Shown piece after piece: positions 10,261 to 18,049 of a stretch of 22,859 bases of DNA (its first letter is position 1; every line of letters begins with the position of its first letter). The position numbers were made by a program, and so were the translations under genes. Location of the stretch: assembly GCA_002269645.1 (NCBI GenBank), contig NIVC01003100.1:96566-119424 (forward strand). Reading direction: 5' to 3'. Under the pieces are notes generated by a model. It worked only from the letters and a program-made list of their open reading frames with translations. It was not told where the DNA came from and did no database searches. Origin of the DNA: Macrostomum lignano (Eukaryota).

Positions 10261-10944
10261 AGGCAACCACCCCAACCTCCGCCCGCCTGCCTCTCTTTCC
10301 CGATCTGGGCAAAGGAGTGTAAATAGGTTTAAAATGACTAACTTTCGGCTGTCATAAGCTTGCTCCACGTGAAGCGATTGACTTCAAATTTGACGCAATT
10401 CTTTATTGACTCATTCTCTATCTAAATGTAAAGTCTCAACTCTGTATCTCAATCAGGACAGAAACTGTAAGCATGTGAAGTTTGTCTGCTTTTTCTGTTG
10501 TTTGTGCCGCTCACTCATTCCACCAGCCCAGACCCCCAGACGAAGGGTCAGGCGATTGGGCTTAATGTACATAGCGAATGTACAGTGTTTTGGAATAACT
10601 TTTTAATAGCCTTCTCTGTACCCGCGAGTGGAGAGGCGCAGAGAGGAGAGACAGTTTAGCCAGAGATTCAAAACACTGTCCTCTGTATAGACAAGTCTTC
10701 AGGCTCAGTTATAACAGTAGATGGCAAATCAAGAGTCAAGACAACGTGGGATGGTTTGTAAAAATAGCGAAAAATTAATGAATAACTGATTACAATGCAA
10801 TCCTACTAAATTAGTTAGTTACAGCATGAAGCTTTTAACATTAAAATTCGCATAAGATCACTTTAAAATTTAAATGGCTCCTAAGAAATGCCTATATCCC
10901 TTGGTTGTAGTAGGGATGTCGACCCCGGGGAGCTTGTGTTTATT

Positions 10945-11064
10945 TAAAACTGTATTTGACAACGTGGCATCATCAAATCGTGCGTGCACCTTTGTCAGAA
11001 GGAGTCCAGACTGTGGTGTGGAGGCGGAAAATGCATGCTCAGCAGCTACGCTCGTGGGAGGATA
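10945..11064 (-). pseudogene. Remnant of hAT transposase C-terminal dimerisation domain
   Basis: YPPTSVAAEHAFSAS..GLLLTKVHARFDDATLSNTVL resembles the hAT PxTSxxxERxFS..GLxxTKxRxRL motif. Confidence 0.75.
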
Positions 11065-11601
11065 ATTAATGAATGAGACCGTTTTTATAATCAAAATTTT
11101 TATTTCTAGCAGACATTGTCCTTGTCTAATAGGGAGCATTTTGTTATTGTATGACACCCCCATGCGTCCGCAGGACGCAGCGCTGTGCCTGCGTCAAATT
11201 CCGTCAAGCCGTCAACGCAGACCAACACAGTAGTCAGTAAAGCTTCTTTTTCCTGACGGGTTTTTAGGTGAAATTTGCTTGATTGAAGGACTCGTAGTGA
11301 AAAAACATTCAAACGTGTGTTGCGTTTGAAATTTTACATTGAGATAAGCAGTTATGCGGTAAGAAAAGCATAGACAGAGTTTCAATCAGCTCTCTGTAAA
11401 TTATTTTCTTATTTTAATGGCAAAAATTAGGTTAAAAATGCATTTTTCTCCCGGGGTCCCCGGTTCAATTCCCCGGGGAATATTCCCCGACAAGCTCCCC
11501 GGGGCCCCGGGGAGCACTCCCCGGGGTCGACATCCCTACGTGTGACCCTCAAACAGACTGAGAGAGCTGCTCCAGTTGTGTTTGTAGGTTAGGTGGACCA
11601 C

Positions 11602-11782
11602 CTTCTCTACAGCACTACTAGGCGATAATCTGAGTCGGAATGCCTAGAGACCATTCATTTACACAGTGCAGACATTCTGATCTCATGGTGGACCAGCTCG
11701 CTTTCTAAGAATCTGTTCTGATTGCATTCCAAGAAACGGAAACATTCCCGCACTAAACTTTCAAGACAGCTCTGAGAGCCAA
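11602..11782. other. Module B3
   Basis: Copy of B1. Confidence 0.85.
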
Positions 11783-12003
11783 GGCCCCAAACAGACTGAG
11801 AAAGCTGCTTCAGTTGTGTCTGTAGGTTAGGTGGACCACCTTCCAAGATTCAAAGCCCCAAACAGACTGAGAGAGCTGCTTCAGTTGTGTCTGTAGGTTA
11901 GGTGGACCACCTTATAAAAGTCAAAGCCCCAAACAGACTGAGAAAGCTGCTTCAGTTGTGTCTGTAGGTTAGGTGGACCACCTTCCAAGATTCAAAGCCC
12001 CAA

Positions 12004-12301
12004 CATACATGCGCAACCTCCAAAATTCGGTCGGCCGTGCGACTTAGTTTTAACAAAAATGCGACGTAGTTTTTGGCCAAAAATGCGACTTACATGGAAA
12101 GAAACCCTAAAGCAAAATTAACGCAACTTCGGGTAAACGGCAGGAGTAACTATGACTGTCTTATTGAGCCAAAATGCCTCGTCAGCTACTTAGTACTACT
12201 ACTTCGGTGTTTTTTCGGGTGGGCATATTTGCGACTTCCTTGGTTGGCCGCCAAATCGGTCGGCCGGATCGGCCGACTCGGCCAACTGTTGCGCATGTAT
12301 G
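12004..12301. mobile_element. 298-bp MITE, probably hAT-type, inserted in one 71-bp repeat
   Basis: 14-bp TIR CATACATGCGCAAC / GTTGCGCATGTATG; 8-bp target duplication AGCCCCAA at 11996-12003 and 12302-12309. Confidence 0.93.
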
Positions 12302-12472
12302 AGCCCCAAACAGACTGAGAGAGCTGCTTCAGATGTGTCTGTAGGTTAGGTGGACCACCTTCCAAGATTCAAAGCCCCAAACAGACTGAGAGAGCTGCTT
12401 CAGTTGTGTCTGTAGGTTAGGTGGACCAGCTTCTCTACAGCAATTGAGTTGCAGCTAGCTACTTTGAGATCA

Positions 12473-12712
12473 TCAAGCGAAACTCACTTTTCTGGACTCG
12501 GTGTCGACGGATTTGCCAGTAGACCGACGATTTTCACCAGGCGATGCGGCCTTCTTCGAGGCTGGAGTAGCGCCTGCATCCGCGGTAGCGTTGTGCGACT
12601 GAGCGCCTTCATCAAGGCGTGATGCAGAGCGCGAACGGCTTCGCGATTTCCGCCCTCTTTTTGAGGCACCAGTGCGTTCGATTTGGCGGGAACGAAATTC
12701 GACCTCAGGCTC
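12473..12712 (-). CDS. Cassette A6 (alpha type) terminal exon
   Basis: Near-identical to A1. Confidence 0.6.
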   Translation of the reverse strand, partial: EPEVEFRSRQIERTGASKRGRKSRSRSRSASRLDEGAQSHNATADAGATPASKKAASPGENRRSTGKSVDTESRKVSFA

Positions 12713-12844
12713 CTAGGAAGTTAGAGAATAAAAAGACAAGTCAAAGTCGGAAGCTTAAATTCAAAACCGCTGCAGTGTATCCGTGTGACCCTCAAACAGA
12801 CTGAGAGAGCTGCTTCAGTTGTGTTTGTAGGTTAGGTGGACCAC

Positions 12845-13024
12845 CTTCTCTACAGCACTACTAGGCGATAATCTGAGTCGGAATGCCTAGAGGCCATTCA
12901 TTTACACAGTGCAGACATTCTGATCTCATGGTGGACCAGCTCGCTTTCTAAGAATCTGTTCTGATTGCATTCCAAGAAACGTAAGCATTCCTGCACTAAA
13001 CTTTCAAGACAGCTCTGTGAGCCA
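12845..13024. other. Module B4
   Basis: Slightly more diverged copy of B1. Confidence 0.85.
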
Positions 13025-13104
13025 AAGCCCCAAACAGACTGAGAGAGCTGCTTCAGTTGTGTCTGTAGGTTAGATAGGCCTTGCAATTAGCTATTTTGAG
13101 ATCA

Positions 13105-13278
13105 TCAAACGAAACTCACTTTTCTGGACTCGGTGTCGATGGTTTTGCGAGCAGACTGTCGGTTTTCACCAGGCGATGCGGCCTTCTTCGATTTTGCAGT
13201 GGCTTTTTGCGTCGCAGTTTTTTTAGGTTTTACCTTAGGCTTAGGCTTGGCGTCCTTTTTGTTTTTTTTTCGGGTCAT
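13105..13278 (-). CDS. Module H: short Lys/Ala/Pro-rich ORF (57 aa) with the shared tail
   Basis: MTRKKNKKDAKPKPKVKPKKTATQKATAKSKKAASPGENRQSARKTIDTESRKVSFV*; a candidate acceptor at 13307 is out of frame as assembled. Confidence 0.45.
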   Translation of the reverse strand: MTRKKNKKDAKPKPKVKPKKTATQKATAKSKKAASPGENRQSARKTIDTESRKVSFV

Positions 13279-13466
13279 TGTATCTTGCTTGGCACAATAA
13301 ATTTATCTATAGATGAAACTTAGAGTATGGAAAATAATGTTAGACCTAATAAGTGTGAATAGAATCAGTTCTAATTTATAAAACTGTCTGTGTGTGGTCT
13401 AACTACGCCATGGTTTACGGGGACCACCCGCTTAGACATTATATATCCCTCTCTCTACAGTCTTAC

Positions 13467-13511
13467 CTTCAGAACCCTTGCGGGTTTCCTATTGGCTGAG
13501 GTCGGTCCCAT
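13467..13511 (-). CDS. Putative shared first coding exon (MGPTSANRKPARVLK)
   Basis: Good start context CAACG-ATG-G, exactly 15 codons, then a strong phase-0 donor AAG|GTAAGA. TATAAT-like sequence ~40 nt upstream (13551-13556). Confidence 0.5.
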
Positions 13512-14378
13512 CGTTGGGGTTGATCTTTCCTCCTAAGTGTTAACCAGCCAATTATAGAAAGGGAGGTCTGTCTGTCTGTCTGTTCCAACCCTATACTCCT
13601 GCACATGTGTTTACGTGGACCAAACAGACAGTTAGTGTTAGGCTGACTGTTAATGCGTTCTTAGTTTTACTGGGACCGCAATCAAGTCGATCTTTTGCTA
13701 GAGATTCAGAGACCCAATTTCTAGCTAAAAGGCCCTTCTTAATTGCGTCCTCTTGATTTTGCATGTACATGTATGAATGGCCCTTTTCAATTAGGTAAAT
13801 TGCATCTTCAACTTTGCACTTAAAAGGCTGCAGCTTAGGATCTTCTTCTTCAAGATATCCCATAGTGTTTGCGATAGAGTTGGCAAGCACTTAATTTATG
13901 AAGTTGCTATTAATTTTTTCTTGTGTAATGGTAGAGCCTCAGAAATTTTCATTTACACAGTGTGGCTATCAAGGACCACTGGGAGTTCTTGAGAAGTCAT
14001 TGAAGAATATTGTTTAAGCTTCACTTAAATATCTTTCTTGTCTCGGAGTCTTTATCGCTTGATCTGGTTAGTAAATTGGATTTCTTTACATTGGTGTCTT
14101 ACTCTGTGAGTCTCTGCTCAGAGTACGATACCGGAATTGCTGGAACTGAGCTAATTAAATGGAGTTTAAAGTTTACTATATAAAATTCATTTCGCATACG
14201 AGGTTGTCAGAATTTTAAATTAACCTGCGTACCTACTTGAATGTCAAAGAATTTTAACGCATATTGTTTTAAGGCCAGTGGCGGTCATAATATGATGTTA
14301 ACATAGCCATTTGTTCGTAAGGTAATGATATGTAAAAAATTCAGTTTTGCATCGAATCTATGCTTAATAACTGCTATA

Positions 14379-14720
14379 CACAAACAGACACAAACAGACA
14401 CAAACAGACACAAACAGACGATTTTCGAAAAATTTTCTGAAATTTTTCGGTTTACGTGGACCAGACTCGCTCGGTTTAGGTAGACCAGGCTGGAGGTCCA
14501 GCTAAACTGAAATGCGAATAACTTTGGAAAAAACCATGCTAGACATTCCAAAATTGCTAGAGCCCTTCTTGACCCGCCTGACATTAATTTGAGATCCTCA
14601 TCAACGTCTTAACCCCACCAGAGACAAAATTATTTGGTGGTCCACCTAAGTGGTCTACCTACACCGGGTGGTCCAGCTAACGAGGCTACTGAACTTCCAA
14701 AAAGTCCACGTAAACACACA
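14379..14720. repeat. Cluster of repeat-derived motifs: 4x CAAACAGACA plus forward and inverted TTA(C/G)(G/C)T(G/A)GACCA boxes
   Basis: Forward boxes at ~14450-14490; inverted boxes at ~14497, 14636-14650, 14652-14662, 14669-14681, 14704-14718. Confidence 0.75.
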
Positions 14721-14734
14721 GACAGTAGAACAGG

Positions 14735-14735
14735 C

Positions 14736-14788
<53 letters not shown>

Positions 14789-14789
14789 G
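14735..14789. repeat. (GACA)n microsatellite
   Basis: Directly visible. Confidence 0.97.
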
Positions 14790-14831
14790 GCAATGATGGC
14801 AAACATGCCACACAGACAGACAGCACCCCAG

Positions 14832-15212
14832 AAACCCTGGCCCCGCACCAGATACCTGGCCTTAAATGGCTCGCTAATCCTGGCTGTGCTGGAGCCGGTC
14901 AGCCAGAAGCGCACCCTGCCATCAGCCATCGTTATCGTCCGCGGCCCCTTCGGCCGCCAGGTCTGGCAGGCGGAGATGCGCGACGCGCCCAGACAGCAGC
15001 GGCCCCCGGCAGCGCCGCAGTCGGCCAGGCGGCCGCCACCCGATCCGTCTCTGCTGCCCTATTGGTGCTACACTGAGGGGCGCCGGGCGCCGCCGTATTT
15101 TCCTGCCGAGCCGCCTGGCCTGCCGGCTGTGCGCGCCGACGCCTCGGTGCCGACGCTGGCTTCGGTGACGCCAAATAGCGCCGAGGTGCTGCGGCTGATG
15201 GCGCAGGCGCGC
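14832..15212 (+). CDS. RALGAPB: RalGAP subunit beta-like host gene, internal exon; both splice boundaries uncertain
   Basis: RYLALNGSLILAVLEP..PSAIVIVRGPFGRQVW..ADASVPTL resembles RALGAPB RYFVLDNSVILAMLEQ..PSVTVLVRGMSGRLAW..ADLSIPDL as remembered; GC-rich. Confidence 0.75.
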
Positions 15213-15304
15213 GTGCCAAAGCGGCTACCCTGTGAGCGATTGATTTCTATTCGATTCCAGCATGCCTGAGTAGCTTCAATAGAAAGAGCATTGAGTTTTC
15301 AGTG

Positions 15305-15905
15305 TTTCCTATGGAAACTACTGTGCTTCCTATGGAAACTACTGTGCTTCCTATGGAAACTACTGTGCTTCCTATGGAAACTACTGTGCTTCCTATGGAA
15401 ACTACTGTGCTTCCTATGGAAACTACTGTGCTTCCTATGGAAACTACTGTGCTTCCTATGGAAACTACTGTGCTTCCTATGGAAACTACTGTGCTTCCTA
15501 TGGAAACTACTGTGCTTCCTATGGAAACTACTGTGCTTCCTATGGAAACTACTGTGCTTCCTATGGAAACTACTGTGCTTCCTATGGAAACTACTGTGCT
15601 TCCTATGGAAACTACTGTGCTTCCTATGGAAACTACTGTGCTTCCTATGGAAACTACTGTGCTTCCTATGGAAACTACTGTGCTTCCTATGGAAACTACT
15701 GTGCTTCCTATGGAAACTACTGTGCTTCCTATGGAAACTACTGTGCTTCCTATGGAAACTACTGTGCTTCCTATGGAAACTACTGTGCTTCCTATGGAAA
15801 CTATTGTGCTTCCTATGGAAACTACTGTACTTCCTATGGAAACTACTGTACTTCCTACGGAAACTACTGTGCTTCCTATGGAAACTGATGTGCTTCCTAT
15901 GGAAA
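15305..15905. repeat. 21-bp intronic minisatellite (CTATGGAAACTACTGTGCTTC), ~28 copies
   Basis: Directly visible. Confidence 0.97.
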
Positions 15906-15968
15906 AACCCCTGCATCCTATGGCCTGGATTTGGGCCATTTCTAGTCACGTGACGATTGGTTAATCAG

Positions 15969-16505
15969 CCCTGTCCGATTCCTCCGCCCGAAGGCCCCGA
16001 AACGCCGCAGTGCCGTCCACCCGCCTCGGCCAAAGAGTTCCAACCGGCCAGGCTCATCCTCACCCAGCTCGGCCTGCTGGACATCGCCTGCACTTTGGAC
16101 TCTTCTACCCAGGAGTTCTTCGACCAGCTGAGCGAACTCGACGGCCTCCCAGTGCGCAGCCTGCACCCGGCCGCGCTGTACTTTGTGCCCCGCGGAGCCT
16201 GCGCCAGCGACCCCGACCGCCTGCTGGCTGTTAGCTCCGCCGCCGCCGCCGCGTCCGCCGATTTCACCAGCTTCTGCCACGGCCTCGGCTGGGCCCCGGC
16301 CAATCTGCCCGGCAATGTCGCCTACTGGTCGGACGCCGTGGCCGAGGTTGTGTTTCACAGGCCGAGCGGCCGTCCGCTTGAGCAGAGCCAGCCGGTGCTG
16401 GTCTGGCTGGAGGACGCCGAGGACCGGGCCGCTTTTCCCACCGATGCGCTGTGCCCGCGAGCCGATCCGCTGGTGTTCGTGGCCTGCCGAGACCGCCTGC
16501 TCAAG
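15969..16505 (+). CDS. RALGAPB: RalGAP subunit beta-like, penultimate exon
   Basis: CRPPASAKEFQPARLILTQLG..LDSSTQEFFDQLSELDGLP..FCHGLGW..YWSDAVAEVVF..LVWLE matches RALGAPB [65 protein letters not shown]| acceptor, AAG|GTGAGC donor, 179 codons. Confidence 0.85.
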
Positions 16506-16552
16506 GTGAGCTGCTCTGGCGTGCGGCCTTTGTTTGATCTTTATCTATGCAG

Positions 16553-17350
16553 GCTAGATTAGCAATCCATTCTCATGTTAGCTAGATTAGCAATCCATTC
16601 TATGTTAGATAGATTAGCAATCCATTCTATTTCTGCATCCATGATGGGCTAGATTAGCAATCCATTCTATTTCTGCATCCATGATGGGCTAGATTAGCAA
16701 TCCATTCTATTTCTGAATCCATGATGGGCTAGATTAGCAATCCATTCTATTTCTGAATCCATGATGGGCTAGATTAGCAATCCAGTCTATTCCTCCATCC
16801 ATGATGGGCTAGATTAGCAATCCATTCTATTTCTGCATCCATGATGGGCTAGATTAGCAATCCATTCTATTTCTGCATCCATGATGGGCTAGATTAGCAA
16901 TCCATTCTATTTCTGCATCCATGATGGGCTAGATTAGCAATCCATTCTATTTCTGCATCCATGATGGGCTAGATTAGCAATCCATTCTATTTCTGCATCC
17001 ATGATGGGCTAGATTAGCAATCCATTCTATTCCTCCATCCATGATGGGCTAGATTAGCAATCCAGTCTATTCCTGCATCCATGATGGGGTAGATTAGCAA
17101 TCCAGTCTATTCCTCCATCCATGATGGGCTAGATTAGCAATCCATTCTATTTCTGCATCCGTGATTGGCTAGATTAGCAATCCATTCTATTTCTGCATCC
17201 GTGATGGGCTAGATTAGCAATCCAGTCTATTCCTCCATCCATGATGGGCTAGATTAGCAATCCATTCTATTTCTGCATCCATGATGGGCTAGATTAGCAA
17301 TCCATTCTATTTCTGCATCCATGATGGGCTAGATTAGCAATCCATTCTAA
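16553..17350. repeat. 40-bp intronic minisatellite (GCTAGATTAGCAATCCATTCTATTTCTGCATCCATGATGG), ~19 copies
   Basis: Directly visible. Confidence 0.97.
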
Positions 17351-17372
17351 TTAACCAGTCCCAATCCCTCAG

Positions 17373-17726
17373 GTACTAGAGGTGTCCATGGGCCCGAACG
17401 CGAACTGCAAGCCGGCCGCTCCGCTGGACTTCGCTCCGCCACTGCTCAAAGGCCTGGTTGTGCCGCTGCGCACCGCGCCCTGCTTGGTCCGACAGGCCAT
17501 CCTGAACTGGTCAGCCCGGAGGCGCCTTCACATGGCGTACGCGGCCTCTGGCCACGGCAAGTCCAGCACGGGCAGCCCAGACCCAGGCGAGCCGTTTCCG
17601 CACACAATCCGGCAGCGCAAGATCCAGGAGATTCAGCGCAGCGGTGAATCTGTTAGAGGCGACTCGCTGCTGCTCATGCTAATGCGGGCGCCGGACTCCG
17701 CAGCTGAGCGGGCTCTGGCGCACTGA
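17373..17726 (+). CDS. RALGAPB: RalGAP subunit beta-like, last coding exon
   Basis: CCCTCAG|GTA phase-0 acceptor; PLLKGLVVP..LVRQAILNWSARRRL..PHTIRQRKIQEI matches RALGAPB PLVDGMIVS..LVRQTVINICRRKRL..PHVRRKQKITDI; stop at 17724-17726. Confidence 0.85.
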   Translation, partial: VLEVSMGPNANCKPAAPLDFAPPLLKGLVVPLRTAPCLVRQAILNWSARRRLHMAYAASGHGKSSTGSPDPGEPFPHTIRQRKIQEIQRSGESVRGDSLLLMLMRAPDSAAERALAH

Positions 17727-18049
17727 TTGATTCTCCTGATCATTTTATAGCTCTAGTTTTACTACGCCCGCCCCCGCATTCCGCACTAATCACTCTGATG
17801 ATGATTAACGCGCTCAGGGTCTGAATTTGTTGCTCTATTTTTATCATTTAACAATCCCCACTGATGGTTGATGATTCCCGCCTGTACGCTTTGTTGGCTA
17901 ACCATATCATTATTCATCTAAGAAGTCGCTGCTCTTACTGATGGCTGATTGCCTAATTTTAACCGTCTATTGAGGTTCAATCGGTTTATTAGGTTGTTGC
18001 CTTCAGCTAACATTCGATATTCACTACTATGTGTCTGGTGTTGTTTTCT

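Larger units (their letters stand above)
9729..11538. mobile_element. Non-autonomous hAT-family DNA transposon, 1810 bp
   Basis: TIR TAGGGATGTCGA / TCGACATCCCTA; 8-bp target duplication CGTGTGAC at 9721-9728 and 11539-11546; subterminal CCCCGGGG repeats at both ends. Confidence 0.93.
4056..13075. repeat. Array of ~43 copies of a 71-bp repeat (R) in 12 blocks (3,5,9,3,5 plus 1 variant,1,1,7,1,5,1,1) separated by modules
   Basis: Consensus AAGAGTCAAAGCCCCAAACAGACTGAGAGAGCTGCTTCAGTTGTGTCTGTAGGTTAGGTGGACCACCTT(CC/TT/AT); period 71, e.g. 5144, 5215, 5286 ... 5712. Confidence 0.97.
1..14720 (-). mobile_element. Putative tyrosine-recombinase (Crypton-type) element carrying a repeat/cassette array; boundaries approximate, left end may lie outside the window
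   Basis: YR gene at 1057-3802. The GGTT(T)A(C/G)GTGGACC motif occurs at 18-30, in every 71-bp repeat, and in inverted orientation at 14636-14718. AT-richer than the GC-rich host exons that begin at ~14832. No terminal duplication identified. Confidence 0.6.

Noticed and set aside
4056-13075. CRISPR array
   Set aside because: Repeats are 71 bp and mostly directly adjacent, the intervening modules recur rather than being unique spacers, there are no cas genes, and the context is eukaryotic.
13438-13495. CCAAT plus TATA promoter for ORF H
   Set aside because: The CCAAT falls inside the better-supported 15-codon exon, and the TATATA lies in its intron.
13591-13890. 99-aa ORF MLANSIANTMGYLEEEDPK...
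   Set aside because: GTG start directly after a stop, upstream frames are interrupted, and I recognise no family; possibly a decayed coding fragment.
15247-15964. Long ORFs in four frames (PMETTVL, FLWKLLC, SFHRKHS, IGSTVVS repeats)
   Set aside because: Artefacts of a stop-free 21-bp intronic minisatellite.
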